64,000 bases of DNA from Eledone cirrhosa (GCA_964016885.1 OZ024742.1:5828001-5892000), one strand, 5' to 3'. Positions 14,016 through 30,795 are shown, numbered from the stretch's first letter. Translations and numbers: made by a program. Notes: generated by a model from the letters alone, not told the origin.

Positions 14016-16557
14016 TTTAGATTTGAAAGGGGCAGAACAGCCTGGCATAACTACCATACTATATATTTAGATCTGGAGGGGCAGTACAGCCTGGCACAAA
14101 TACCATACTACATATTTATATCTGGAGGTGGAAGAAGAGCCTGGCACAACTACCCTACTATATATTTACATCTGGAGGGGCAGAACAGCCTGGCACAACT
14201 ACCATACTATATATTTAGATCTGGAGGGGCAGAACAGCATAACACATCTACCATACTATATATTTAGATCTGGAGGGGAAGAACAGCCTGGCATAACTAC
14301 CATACTATATATTTAGATTTGAAAGGGGCAGAACAGCCTGGCATAACTACCATACTATATATTTAGATCTGTAGGGGCTGAACAGCTTGGCACAACTATC
14401 ATACTATATATTTAGATCTGGAGGGGCAGAACAACCTGGCACAACTACCATACTATACATTTAGATCTGGAGGGTTAGAACAGCTTGGCATAACTACCAT
14501 ACTAAATCTTTAGATCTGGAGGGGCAGAACAGTCTGGCACAACTACTATACTATATATTTAGATCTGGAGGGGCAGAAGAGCATGGCACAACTACAATAC
14601 TATATATTTAAATCTGGAGGGGCAGAATAACCTGGCACAAATACCATACTATATATTTAGATCTGGAGGTGGGAGTACAGAATGGCACAAGTACCATACT
14701 ATATATTTAGATCTGAAAGGGGCAGAACAGCCTGGCATAACTACCATACTATATATTTAGATCTGGAGGGGCAGAACAGCTTGGCACAACTACCATACTA
14801 TATATTTACATCTGGAGGTGGGAGTACAGCCAGGCACAACTACCATACTATATATTTAGATCTGGAGATGGGAGTACAGCCTGGCACAAATACCATACTA
14901 TATATTCATATCTGGAGGTCGAAGAAGAGCCTGGCACAACTACCCTACTATATATTTACATTTGGAGGGGCAGAACAGCCTGGCACAACTACCATACTAT
15001 ATATTTAGATCTGGAGGGGCAGAACAGCATAACACATCTACAATACTTATATCTGCATGGCACAACTACCATATTTAGATCTGTAGGGGCAGAAGAGCCT
15101 GGCATAACTACCATACTATATATTTAGATCTGGAGGGGCAGAACAGTCTGGCACAACTACTATACTATATATTTAGATCTGGAGGGGCAGAAGAGCATGG
15201 CACAACTACAATACTATATATTTAAATCTGGAGGGGCAGAACATCCTGGCACAACTACCATACTATACATTTAGATCTGGAGGGGTAGAACAGCTTGGCA
15301 TAACTAGCATACTCTATATTTAGATCTGGAGGGGCAGAACAGTCTGGCACAACTACTGTACTATATATTTAGATCTGTAGGGGCAGAACAGCATGGGACA
15401 ACTACCATACTATATATTTAAATCTGGAGGGGCAGAATAACCTGGCACAAATACCATACTATATATTTAGATCCGGAGGTGGGAGTACAGCCTGGCACAA
15501 CTACCATACTATATATTTAGATGTGGAGGTGGAAGAAGAGCCTGGCACTACTACCATACTATATATTTAGATCTGGAGGGGCAGAACATCCTGGCACAAG
15601 TACCATACTATATATTTAGATTTGAAAGGGGCAGAACAGCCTGGCATAACTACCATACTATATATTTAGATCTGGAGGGGCAGAACAGTCTGGCACAACT
15701 ACTATACTATATATTTAGATCTGGAGGGGCAGAACAGCCTGGCATAACTACCATACTATATATTTAGAACTGGAGGGGCAGAACAGCTTGGCACAACTAC
15801 CATACTATATATTTAGATCTGGAGGGGCAGAACAACCTGGCACAACTACCATACTATACATTTAGATCTGGAGGGGTCGAACAGCTTGGAATAACTATCA
15901 TACTATATATTTAGATCTGGAGGGGCAGAACAGTCTGGCACAACTACTACAGTATATATTTAGATCTGGAGGTGCAGAACAGCATGGCACAACTACCATA
16001 CTATATATTTAAATCTGGAGGGGCAGAATAACCTGGCACAAATACCATACTATATATTTTGATCTGGAGGTGGGAGTACAGCCTGGCACAAGTACCATAC
16101 TATATATTTAGATCTGAAAGGGGCAGAACAGCCTGGCATAACTACCATACTATATATTTAGATCTGGAGGGGCAGAACAGCTTGGCACAACTACCATACT
16201 ATATATTTACATCTGGAGGGGCAGAACAACCTGGCACAACTACCATACTATACATTTAGATCTGGAGGGGTAGAACAGCTTGGCATAACTACCATACTAT
16301 ATATTTAAATCTGGAGGGGCAGAATTGTCTGGCACAACTACCATACCATATATTTAGATCTGGAGGTGGAAGAAGAGCCTGGCACAACTACCATACTATA
16401 TATTTAGATCTGGAGGGGAAGAACAGTCTGGCACAACTACTGTACTATATATTTAGATCTGTAGGGGCAGAACAGCATGGGACAACTACCATACTATATA
16501 TTTAAATCTGGAGGGGCAGAATAACCTGGCACAAATACCATACTATATATTTAGATC

Positions 16558-19500
16558 TGGAGGTGGGAGTACTGCCTGGCACAACTACCATACTATATAT
16601 TTAGATCGGGAGGGGCAGAACAGCATAACACAACTACCATACTAAATATTTAGATCAGGAGGTGGGAGTAAAGCCTGGCACAACTACCATACTATATATT
16701 TAGATCTGGAGGTATAACTACAGACGGGCACAACTACCATACTATATATTTAGATCTGGAGGGACTGAACAGCAAGGCACAACTATCATAATATATGTTT
16801 AGATATGTAGGGCCAGAAGAGCCTGGCACAACTACCATACTATATATTTAGATCTGGAGGGGTAGAACAGCTTGGCACAATTACCATACTATATATTTAG
16901 ATCTGGAGGGGCAGAACAGTCTGGTACAACTACCATACTATATATTTAGATCTGGAGGGGCAGAAGAGCCTGGCACAACTACCATACTATATATTTAAAT
17001 CTGGAAGGGAAGAACAGCTTGGCACAACTACCATACTATATATTTAGATCTGGATGTGCGAGTACAGCCTGGCACAACTACCATACTATATATTTAGATC
17101 TGGAGGTGGGAGTACAGCCTGGCACAACTACCATACTATATATTTAGATCTGGATGTGGGAGTACAGCCTGGCACAACTACAATACTATATATTTAGATC
17201 TGGAGGTGGAAGAAGAGCCTGGCACAACTACCATACTATATATTTAGATCTGGAGGGGAAGAACAACCTGGCACAACTACTATAATATACATTTAGATCT
17301 GGAGGGGTAGAACAGCTTCGCATAATTACGATACTATATATTTGGAACTGGAGGGGCAGAACAGTCTGGCACAACTACTATACTATATATTTAGATCTGG
17401 AGGGGCAGATTAGCATGGCACAACTTCCATACTTATATCAGCATGGCACAACTACCATATTTAGATCTGTAGGGGCAGAAGAGCCTGGCACAACTACCAT
17501 ACTATATATTTAGATCTGGAGGATTAGAACAGCTTGGCACAATTACCATACTATATATTTAGATCTGGAGGGGCAGAACAACCTGGCACAACTACCATAC
17601 TATACATTTAGATCTGGAGGGGTAGAACAGCTTGGCATAACTAGCATACTCTATATTTAGATCTGGAGGGGCAGAACAGTCTGGCACAACTACTGTACTA
17701 TATATTTAGATCTGTAGGGGCAGAACAGCATGGGACAACTACCATACTATATATTTAAATCTGGAGGGGCAGAATAACCTGGCACAAATACCATACTATA
17801 TATTTAGATCCGGAGGTGGGAGTACAGCCTGGCACAACTACCATACTATATATTTAGATGTGGAGGTGGAAGAAGAGCCTGGCACTACTACCATACTATA
17901 TATTTAGATCTGGAGGGGCAGAACAGCCTGGCATAACTACCATACTATATATTTAGATCTGGAGGGGCAGAACAGTCTGGCACAACTACTATACTATATA
18001 TTTAGATCTGGAGGGGCAGAACAGCCTGGCATAACTACCATACTATATATTTAGATCTGGAGGGTCAGAACAGCTTGGCACAACTACCATACTATATATT
18101 TAGATCTGGAGGGGCAGAACAACCTGGCACAACTACCATACTATACATTTAGTTCTGGAGGGGTCGAACAGCTTGGAATAACTATCATACTATATATTTA
18201 GATCTGGAGGGGCAGAACAGTCTGGCACAACTACTACAGTATATATTTAGATCTGGAGGGGCAGAACAGCATGGCACAACTACCATCCTATATATTTAAA
18301 TCTGGAGGGGCAGAATAACCTGGCACAAATACCATACTATATATTTAGATCTGGAGGTGGGAGTACAGCCTGGCACAAGTACCATACTATATATTTCGAT
18401 CTGAAAGGGGCAGAACAGCCTGGCATAACTACCATACTATATATTTAGATCTGGAGGGGCAGAACAGCTTGGCACAACTACCATACTATATATTTACATC
18501 TGGAGGGGCAGAACAACCTGGCACAACTACCATACTATACATTTAGATCTGGAGCGGTAGAACAGCTTGGCATAACTACCATACTATATATTTAAATCTG
18601 GAGGGGCAGAATTGTCTGGCACAACTACCATACCATATATTTAGATCTGGAGGTGGAAGAAGAGCCTGGCACAACTACCATACTATATATTTAGATCTGG
18701 AAGGGAAGAACAGCCTGGCACAACTACCATAATATATATTTATATCTGGAGGCGTAGAACAACCTGGCACAATTACCATACTATATATTTAGATCTGGAG
18801 GGGAAGAACAGCCTGGCACAAGTACCATACTAAATATTTAGATTTGAAAGGGGCAGAACAGCCTGGCATAACTACCATACTATATATTTAGATCTGGAGA
18901 GGCAGTACAGCCTGGCACAAATACCATACTACATATTTATATCTGGAGGTGGAAGAAGAGCCTGGCACAACTACCCTACTATATATTTACATCTGGAGGG
19001 GCAGAACAGCCTGGCACAACTACCATACTATATATTTAGATCTGGAGGGGCAGAACAGCATAACACATCTACCATACTATATATTTAGATCTGTAGGGGC
19101 TGAACAGCTTGGCACAACTACCATACTATATATTTAGATCTGGAGGGGCAGAACAACCTGGCACAACTACCATACTATACATTTAGATCTGGAGGGTTAG
19201 AACAGCTTGGCATAACTACCATACTATATATTTAGATCTGGAGGGGCAGAACAGTCTGGCACAACTACTATACTATATATTTAGATCTGGAGGGGCAGAA
19301 GAGCATGGCACAACTACAATACTATATATTTAAATCTGGAGGGGCAGAATAACCTGGCACAAATACCATACTATATATTTAGATCTGGAGGTGGGAGTAC
19401 AGAATGGCACAAGTACCATACTATATATTTAGATCTGAAAGGGGCAGAACAGCCTGGCATAACTACCATACTATATATTTAGATCTGGAGGGGCAAAAAT

Positions 19501-22500
19501 AGCTTGGCACAACTACCATACTATATATTTACATCTGGAGGTGGGAGTACAGCCAGGCACAACTACCATACTATATATTTAGATCTGGAGATGGGAGTAC
19601 AGCCTGGCACAAATACCATACTATATATTTATATCTGGAGGTCGAAGAAGAGCCTGGCACAACTACCCTACTATATATTTACATTTGGAGGGGCAGAACA
19701 GCCTGGCACAACTACCATACTATATATTTAGATCTGGAGGGGCAGAACAGCATAACACATCTACAATACTTATATCTGCATGGCACAACTACCATATTTA
19801 GATCTGTAGGGGCAGAAGAGCCTGGCATAACTACCATACTATATATTTAGATCTGGAGGGGCAGAACAGTCTGGCACAACTACTATACTATATATTTAGA
19901 TCTGGAAGGGCAGAAGAGCATGGCACAACTACAATACTATATATTTAAATCTGGAGGGGCAGAACATCCTGGCACAACTACCATACTATACATTTAGATC
20001 TGGAGGGGTAGAACAGCTTGGCATAACTAGCATACTCTATATTTAGATCTGGAGGGGCAGAACAGTCTGGCACAACTACTGTACTATACATTTAGATCTG
20101 TAGGGGCAGAACAGCATGGGACAACTACCATACTATATATTTAAATCTGGAGGGGCAGAATAACCTGGCACAAATACCATACTATATATTTAGATCCGGA
20201 GGTGGGAGTACAGCCTGGCACAACTACCATACTATATATTTAGATGTGGAGGTGGAAGAAGAGCCTGGCACTACTACCATACTATATATTTAGATCTGGA
20301 GGGGCAGAACATCCTGGCACAAGTACCATACTATATATTTAGATTTGAAAGGGGCAGAACAGCCTGGCATAACTACCATACTATATATTTAGATCTGGAG
20401 GGGCAGAACAGTCTGGCACAACTACTATACTATATATTTAGATCTGGAGGGGCAGAACAGCCTGGCATAACTACCATACTATATATTTAGAACTGGAGGG
20501 GCAGAACAGCTTGGCACAACTACCATACTATATATTTACATCTGGAGGGGCAGAACAACCTGGCACAACTACCATACTATACATTTAGATCTGGAGGGGT
20601 CGAACAGCTTGGAATAACTATCATACTATATATTTAGATCTGGAGGGGCAGAACAGTCTGGCACAACTACTACAGTATATATTTAGATCTGGAGGTGCAG
20701 AACAGCATGGCACAACTACCATACTATATATTTAAATCTGGAGGGGCAGAATAACCTGGCACAAATACCATACTATATATTTTGATCTGGAGGTGGGAGT
20801 ACAGCCTGGCACAAGTACCATACTATATATTTAGATCTGAAAGGGGTAGAACAGCCTGGCATAACTACCATACTATATATTTAGATCTGGAGGGGCATAA
20901 CAACCTGGCACAACTACCATACTATACATTTAGATCTGGAGGGGTAGAACAGCTTGGCATAACTACCATACTATATATTTAAATCTGGAGGGGCAGAATT
21001 GTCTGGCACAACTACCATACCATATATTTAGATCTGGAGGTGGAAGAAGAGCCTGGCACAACTACCATACTATATATTTAGATCTGGAGGGGAAGAACAG
21101 CCTGGCACAACTACCATAATATATATTTACATCTGGAGGGGCAGAACAGCCTGGCATAACTACCATACTATATATTTAGATCTGGAGGGGAAGAACAGTC
21201 TGGCACAACTACTATACTATATATTTAGATCTGGAGGGGCAGATTAGCATGGCACAACTACCATACTTATATCAGCATGGCACAACTACCATATTTAGAT
21301 CTGTAGGGGCAGAAGAGCCTGGCACAACTACCATACTATATATTTAGATCTGGAGGATTAGAACAGCTTGGCACAATTACCATACTATATATTTAGATCT
21401 GGAGGGGCAGAACAACCTGGCACAACTACCATACTATACATTTAGATCTGGAGGTGTAGAACAGCTTGGCATAACTAGCATACTCTATATTTAGATCTGG
21501 AGGGGCAGAACAGTCTGGCACAACTACTGTACTATATATTTAGATCTGTAGGGGCAGAACAGCATGGGACAACTACCATACTATATATTTAAATCTGGAG
21601 GGGCAGAATAACCTGGCACAAATACCATACTATATATTTAGATCCGGAGGTGGGAGTACAGCCTGGCACAACTACCATACTATATATTTAGATGTGGAGG
21701 TGGAAGAAGAGCCTGGCACTACTACCGTACTATATATTTAGATCTGGAGGGGCAGAACAGCCTGGCATAACTACCATACTATATATTTAGATCTGGAGGG
21801 GCAGAACAGTCTGGCACAACTACTATACTATATATTTAGATCTGGAGGGGCAGAACAGCCTGGCATAACTACCATACTATATATTTAGATCTGGAGGGGC
21901 AGAACAGCTTGGCACAACTACCATACTATATATTTAGATCTGGAGGGGCAGAACAACCTGGCACAACTACCATACTATACATTTAGTTCTGGAGGGGTCG
22001 AACAGCTTGGAATAACTATCATACTATATATTTAGATCTGGAGGGGCAGAACAGTCTGGCACAACTACTACAGTATATATTTAGATCTGGAGGGGCAGAA
22101 CAGCATGGCACAACTACCATCCTATATATTTAAATCTGGAGGGGCAGAATAACCTGGCACAAATACCATACTATATATTTAGATCTGGAGGTGGGAGTAC
22201 AGCCTGGCACAAGTACCATACTATATATTTCGATCTGAAAGGGGCAGAACAGCCTGGCATAACTACCATACTATATATTTAGATCTGGAGGGGCAGAACA
22301 GCTTGGCATAACTACCATACTATATATTTACATCTGGAGGGGCAGAACAACCTGGCACAACTACCATACTATACATTTAGATCTGGAGCGGTAGAACAGC
22401 TTGGCATAACTACCATACTATATATTTAAATCTGGAGGGGCAGAATTGTCTGGCACAACTACCATACCATATATTTAGATCTGGAGGTGGAAGAAGAGCC

Positions 22501-25500
22501 TGGCACAACTACCATACTATATATTTAGATCTGGAAGGGAAGAACAGCCTGGCACAACTACCATAATATATATTTATATCTGGAGGCGTAGAACAACCTG
22601 GCACAATTACCATACTATATATTTAGATCTGGAGGGGAAGAACAGCCTGGCACAAGTACCATACTATATATTTAGATTTGAAAGGGGCAGAACAGCCTGG
22701 CATAACTACCATACTATATATTTAGATCTGGAGGGGCAGTACAGCCTGGCACAAATACCATACTACATATTTATATCTGGAGGTGGAAGAAGAGCCTGGC
22801 ACAACTACCCTACTATATATTTACATCTGGAGGGGCAGAACAGCCTGGCACAACTACCATACTATATATTTAGATCTGGAGGGGCAGAACAGCATAACAC
22901 ATCTACCATACTATATATTTAGATCTGGAGGGGAAGAACAGCCTGGCATAACTACCATACAATATATTTAGATTTGAAAGGGGCAGAACAGCCTGGCATA
23001 ACTACCATACTATATATTTAGATCTGTAGGGGCTGAACAGCTTGGCACAACTACCATACTATATATTTAGATCTGGAGGGGCAGAACAACCTGGCACAAC
23101 TACCATACTATACATTTAGATCTGGAGGGTTAGAACAGCTTGGCATAACTACCATACTATATATTTAGATCTGGAGGGGCAGAACAGTCTGGCACAACTA
23201 CTATACTATATATTTAGATCTGGAGGGGCAGAAGAGCATGGCACAACTACAATACTATATATTTAAATCTGGAGGGGCAGAATAACCTGGCACAAATACC
23301 ATACTATATATTTAGATCTGGAGATGGGAGTACAGAATGGCACAAGTACCATACTATATATTTAGATCTGAAAGGGGCAGAACAGCCTGGCATAACTACC
23401 ATACTATATATTTAGATCTGGAGGGGCAAAAATAGCTTGGCACAAATACCATACTATATATTTACATCTTGAGGTGGGAGTACAGCCAGGCACAACTACC
23501 ATACTATATATTTAGATCTGGAGATGGGAGTACAGCCTGGCACAAATACCATACTATATATTTATATCTGGAGGTCGAAGAAGAGCCTGGCACAACTACC
23601 CTACTATATATTTACATTTGGAGGGGCAGAACAGCCTGGCACAACTACCATACTATATATTTAGATCTGGAGGGGCAGAACAGCATAACACATCTACAAT
23701 ACTTATATCTGCATGGCACAACTACCATATTTAGATCTGTAGGGGCAGAAGAGCCTGGCATAACTACCATACTATATATTTAGATCTGGAGGGGCAGAAC
23801 AGTCTGGCACAACTACTATACTATATATTTAGATCTGGAAGGGCAGAAGAGCATGGCACAACTACAATACTATATATTTAAATCTGGAGGGGCAGAACAT
23901 CCTGGCACAACTACCATACTATACATTTAGATCTGGAGGGGTAGAACAGCTTGGCATAACTAGCATACTCTATATTTAGATCTGGAGGGGCAGAACAGTC
24001 TGGCACAACTACTGTACTATATATTTAGATCTGTAGGGGCAGAACAGCATGGGACAACTACCATACTATATATTTAAATCTGGAGGGGCAGAATAACCTG
24101 GCACAAATACCATACTATATATTTAGATCCGGAGGTGGGAGTACAGCCTGGCACAACTACCATACTATATATTTAGATGTGGAGGTGGAAGAAGAGCCTG
24201 GCACTACTACCATACTATATATTTAGATCTGGAGGGGCAGAACATCCTGGCACAAGTACCATACTATATATTTAGATTTGAAAGGGGCAGAACAGCCTGG
24301 CACAAGTACCATACTATATATTTAGATTTGAAAGGGGCAGAACAGCCTGGCATAACTACCATACTATATATTTAGATCTGGAGGGGCAGTACAGCCTGGC
24401 ACAAATACCATACTACATATTTATATCTGGAGGTGGAAGAAGAGCCTGGCACAACTACCCTACTATATATTTACATCTGGAGGGGCAGAACAGCCTGGCA
24501 CAACTACCATACTATATATTTAGATCTGGAGGGGCAGAACAGCATAACACATCTACCATACTATATATTTAGATCTGGAGGGGAAGAACAGCCTGGCATA
24601 ACTACCATACTATATATTTAGATTTGAAAGGGGCAGAACAGCCTGGCATAACTACCATACTATATATTTAGATCTGTAGGGGCTGAACAGCTTGGCACAA
24701 CTACCATACTATATATTTAGATCTGGAGGGGCAGAACAACCTGGCACAACTACCATACTATACATTTAGATCTGGAGGGTTAGAACAGCTTGGCATAACT
24801 ACCATACTATATATTTAGATCTGGAGGGGCAGAACAGTCTGGCACAACTACTATACTATATATTTAGATCTGGAGGGGCAGAAGAGCATGGCACAACTAC
24901 AATACTATATATTTAAATCTGGAGGGGCAGAATAACCTGGCACAAATACCATACTATATATTTAGATCTGGAGATGGGAGTACAGAATGGCACAAGTACC
25001 ATACTATATATTTAGATCTGAAAGAGGCAGAACAGCCTGGCATAACTACCATACTATATATTTAGATCTGGAGGGGCAAAAATAGCTTGGCACAACTACC
25101 ATACTATATATTTACATCTGGAGGTGGGAGTACAGCCAGGCACAACTACCATACTATATATTTAGATCTGGAGATGGGAGTACAGCCTGGCACAAATACC
25201 ATACTATATATTTATATCTGGAGGTCGAAGAAGAGCCTGGCACAACTACCCTACTATATATTTACATTTGGAGGGGCAGAACAGCCTGGCACAACTACCA
25301 TACTATATATTTAGATCTGGAGGGGCAGAACAGCATAACACATCTACAATACTTATATCTGCATGGCACAACTACCATATTTAGATCTGTAGGGGCAGAA
25401 GAGCCTGGCATAACTACCATACTATATATTTAGATCTGGAGGGGCAGAACAGTCTGGCACAACTACTATACTATATATTTAGATCTGGAAGGGCAGAAGA

Positions 25501-28500
25501 GCATGGCACAACTACAATACTATATATTTAAATCTGGAGGGGCAGAACATCCTGGCACAACTACCATACTATACATTTAGATCTGGAGGGGTAGAACAGC
25601 TTGGCATAACTAGCATACTCTATATTTAGATCTGGAGGGGCAGAACAGTCTGGCACAACTACTGTACTATATATTTAGATCTGTAGGGGCAGAACAGCAT
25701 GGGACAACTACCATACTATATATTTAAATCTGGAGGGGCAGAATAACCTGGCACAAATACCATACTATATATTTAGATCCGGAGGTGGGAGTACAGCCTG
25801 GCACAACTACCATACTATATATTTAGATGTGGAGGTGGAAGAAGAGCCTGGCACTACTACCATACTATATATTTAGATCTGGAGGGGCAGAACATCCTGG
25901 CACAAGTACCATACTATATATTTAGATTTGAAAGGGGCAGAACAGCCTGGCATAACTACCATACTATATATTTAGATCTGGAGGGGCAGAACAGTCTGGC
26001 ACAACTACTATACTATATATTTAGATCTGGAGGGGCAGAACAGCCTGGCATAACTACCATACTATATATTTAGAACTGGAGGGGCAGAACAGCTTGGCAC
26101 AACTACCATACTATATATTTAGATCTGGAGGGGCAGAACAACCTGGCACAACTACCATACTATACATTTAGATCTGGAGGGGTCGAACAGCTTGGAATAA
26201 CTATCATACTATATATTTAGATCTGGAGGGGCAGAACAGTCTGGCACAACTACTACAGTATATATTTAGATCTGGAGGTGCAGAACAGCATGGCACAACT
26301 ACCATACTATATATTTAAATCTGGAGGGGCAGAATAACCTGGCACAAATACCATACTATATATTTTGATCTGGAGGTGGGAGTACAGCCTGGCACAAGTA
26401 CCATACTATATATTTAGATCTGAAAGGGGCAGAACAGCCTGGCATAACTACCATACTATATATTTAGATCTGGAGGGGCATAACAACCTGGCACAACTAC
26501 CATACTATACATTTAGATCTGGAGGGGTAGAACAGCTTGGCATAACTACCATACTATATATTTAAATCTGGAGGGGCAGAATTGTCTGGCACAACTACCA
26601 TACCATATATTTAGATCTGGAGGTGGAAGAAGAGCCTGGCACAACTACCATACTATATATTTAGATCTGGAGGGGAAGAACAGCCTGGCACAACTACCAT
26701 AATATATATTTACATCTGGAGGGGCAGAACAGCCTGGCATAACTACCATACTATATATTTAGATCTGGAGGGGAAGAACAGTCTGGCACAACTACTATAC
26801 TATATATTTAGATCTGGAGGGGCAGATTAGCATGGCACAACTACCATACTTATATCAGCATGGCACAACTACCATATTTAGATCTGTAGGGGCAGAAGAG
26901 CCTGGCACAACTACCATACTATATATTTAGATCTGGAGGATTAGAACAGCTTGGCACAATTACCATACTATATATTTAGATCTGGAGGGGCAGAACAACC
27001 TGGCACAACTACCATACTATACATTTAGATCTGGAGGTGTAGAACAGCTTGGCATAACTAGCATACTCTATATTTAGATCTGGAGGGGCAGAACAGTCTG
27101 GCACAACTACTGTACTATATATTTAGATCTGTAGGGGCAGAACAGCATGGGACAACTACCATACTATATATTTAAATCTGGAGGGGCAGAATAACCTGGC
27201 ACAAATACCATACTATATATTTAGATCCGGAGGTGGGAGTACAGCCTGGCACAACTACCATACTATATATTTAGATGTGGAGGTGGAAGAAGAGCCTGGC
27301 ACTACTACCATACTATATATTTAGATCTGGAGGGGCAGAACAGCCTGGCATAACTACCATACTATATATTTAGATCTGGAGGGGCAGAACAGTCTGGCAC
27401 AACTACTATACTATATATTTAGATCTGGAGGGGCAGAACAGCCTGGCATAACTACCATACTATATATTTAGATCTGGAGGGGCAGAACAGCTTGGCACAA
27501 CTACCATACTATATATTTAGATCTGGAGGGGCAGAACAACCTGGCACAACTACCATACTATACATTTAGTTCTGGAGGGGTCGAACAGCTTGGAATAACT
27601 ATCATACTATATATTTAGATCTGGAGGGGCAGAACTGTCTGTCACAACTACTACAGTATATATTTAGATCTGGAGGGGCAGAACAGCATGGCACAACTAC
27701 CATCCTATATATTTAAATCTGGAGGGGCAGAATAACCTGGCACAAATACCATACTATATATTTAGATCTGGAGGTGGGAGTACAGCCTGGCACAAGTACC
27801 ATACTATATATTTCGATCTGAAAGGGGCAGAACAGCCTGGCATAACTACCATACTATATATTTAGATCTGGAGGGGCAGAACAGCTTGGCATAACTACCA
27901 TACTATATATTTACATCTGGAGGGGCAGAACAACCTGGCACAACTACCATACTATACATTTAGATCTGGAGCGGTAGAACAGCTTGGCATAACTACCATA
28001 CTATATATTTAAATCTGGAGGGGCAGAATTGTCTGGCACAACTACCATACCATATATTTAGATCTGGAGGTGGAAGAAGAGCCTGGCACAACTACCATAC
28101 TATATATTTAGATCTGGAAGGGAAGAACAGCCTGGCACAACTACCATAATATATATTTATATCTGGAGGCGTAGAACAACCTGGCACAATTACCATACTA
28201 TATATTTAGATCTGGAGGGGAAGAACAGCCTGGCACAAGTACCATACTATATATTTAGATTTGAAAGGGGCAGAACAGCCTGGCATAACTACCATACTAT
28301 ATATTTAGATCTGGAGGGGCAGTACAGCCTGGCACAAATACCATACTACATATTTATATCTGGAGGTGGAAGAAGAGCCTGGCACAACTACCCTACTATA
28401 TATTTACATCTGGAGGGGCAGAACAGCCTGGCACAACTACCATACTATATATTTAGATCTGGAGGGGCAGAACAGCATAACACATCTACCATACTATATA

Positions 28501-30795
28501 TTTAGATCTGGAGGGGAAGAACAGCCTGGCATAACTACCATACTATATATTTAGATTTGAAAGGGGCAGAACAGCCTGGCATAACTACCATACTATATAT
28601 TTAGATCTGTAGGGGCTGAACAGCTTGGCACAACTATCATACTATATATTTAGATCTGGAGGGGCAGAACAACCTGGCACAACTACCATACTATACATTT
28701 AGATCTGGAGGGTTAGAACAGCTTGGCATAACTACCATACTATATCTTTAGATCTGGAGGGGCAGAACAGTCTGGCACAACTACTATACTATATATTTAG
28801 ATCTGGAGGGGCAGAAGAGCATGGCACAACTACAATACTATATATTTAAATCTGGAGGGGCAGAATAACCTGGCACAAATACCATACTATATATTTAGAT
28901 CTGGAGGTGGGAGTACAGAATGGCACAAGTACCATACTATATATTTAGATCTGAAAGGGGCAGAACAGCCTGGCATAACTACCATACTATATATTTAGAT
29001 CTGGAGGGGCAGAACAGCTTGGCACAACTACCATACTATATATTTACATCTGGAGGTGGGAGTACAGCCAGGCACAACTACCATACTATATATTTAGATC
29101 TGGAGATGGGAGTACAGCCTGGCACAAATACCATACTATATATTTATATCTGGAGGTCGAAGAAGAGCCTGGCACAACTACCCTACTATATATTTACATT
29201 TGGAGGGGCAGAACAGCCTGGCACAACTACCATACTATATATTTAGATCTGGAGGGGCAGAACAGCATAACACATCTACAATACTTATATCTGCATGGCA
29301 CAACTACCATATTTAGATCTGTAGGGGCAGAAGAGCCTGGCATAACTACCATACTATATATTTAGATCTGGAGGGGCAGAACAGTCTGGCACAACTACTA
29401 TACTATATATTTAGATCTGGAGGGGCAGAAGAGCATGGCACAACTACAATACTATATATTTAAATCTGGAGGGGCAGAACATCCTGGCACAACTACCATA
29501 CTATACATTTAGATCTGGAGGGGTAGAACAGCTTGGCATAACTAGCATACTCTATATTTAGATCTGGAGGGGCAGAACAGTCTGGCACAACTACTGTACT
29601 ATATATTTAGATCTGTAGGGGCAGAACAGCATGGGACAACTACCATACTATATATTTAAATCTGGAGGGGCAGAATAACCTGGCACAAATACCATACTAT
29701 ATATTTAGATCCGGAGGTGGGAGTACAGCCTGGCACAACTACCATACTATATATTTAGATGTGGAGGTGGAAGAAGAGCCTGGCACTACTACCATACTAT
29801 ATATTTAGATCTGGAGGGGCAGAACATCCTGGCACAAGTACCATACTATATATTTAGATTTGAAAGGGGCAGAACAGCCTGGCATAACTACCATACTATA
29901 TATTTAGATCTGGAGGGGCAGAACAGTCTGGCACAACTACTATACTATATATTTAGATCTGGAGGGGCAGAACAGCCTGGCATAACTACCATACTATATA
30001 TTTAGAACTGGAGGGGCAGAACAGCTTGGCACAACTACCATACTATATATTTAGATCTGGAGGGGCAGAACAACCTGGCACAACTACCATACTATACATT
30101 TAGATCTGGAGGGGTCGAACAGCTTGGAATAACTATCATACTATATATTTAGATCTGGAGGGGCAGAACAGTCTGGCACAACTACTACAGTATATATTTA
30201 GATCTGGAGGTGCAGAACAGCATGGCACAACTACCATACTATATATTTAAATCTGGAGGGGCAGAATAACCTGGCACAAATACCATACTATATATTTTGA
30301 TCTGGAGGTGGGAGTACAGCCTGGCACAAGTACCATACTATATATTTAGATCTGAAAGGGGCAGAACAGCCTGGCATAACTACCATACTATATATTTAGA
30401 TCTGGAGGGGCAGAACAGCTTGGCACAACTACCATACTATATATTTACATCTGGAGGGGCAGAACAACCTGGCACAACTACCATACTATACATTTAGATC
30501 TGGAGGGGTAGAACAGCTTGGCATAACTACCATACTATATATTTAAATCTGGAGGGGCAGAATTGTCTGGCACAACTACCATACCATATATTTAGATCTG
30601 GAGGTGGAAGAAGAGCCTGGCACAACTACCATACTATATATTTAGATCTGGAGGGGAAGAACAGTCTGGCACAACTACTGTACTATATATTTAGATCTGT
30701 AGGGGCAGAACAGCATGGGACAACTACCATACTATATATTTAAATCTGGAGGGGCAGAATAACCTGGCACAAATACCATACTATATATTTAGATC
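16558..30795 (+). repeat. Copy B of the ~14.2-kb tandem duplication (14,238 bp)
   Basis: Same variant order as 2900-16557. Identity ends at AGATC 30791-30795 (= 16557 + 14238), where the sequence continues CGGAGGTGGGAGTACAG instead of TGGAGGTGGGAGTACTG. Confidence 0.95.
22671..25970 (+). repeat. Tandem duplication of a 1,650-bp block (~33 monomers) in copy B
   Basis: TTTAGATTTGAAAGG at 22671/24321 and 24271/25921; ORFs 22783/24433; CTTATATC marker at 23702/25352 (all +1650). Confidence 0.92.

Larger units (their letters stand above)
2900..16557 (+). repeat. Copy A of a ~14.2-kb tandem duplication (13.6 kb net, mainly owing to a 661-bp internal deletion)
   Basis: Rare variants recur at fixed offsets: GAGTACTGCC 2931/16567 (+13636). 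Matching ORFs 6593/20782 and 8594/22783 are at +14189. Matching ORFs 10195/24433, 10849/25087, 12127/26365, 14128/28366, 14682/28920 and 16059/30297 are all at +14238. Confidence 0.95.
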
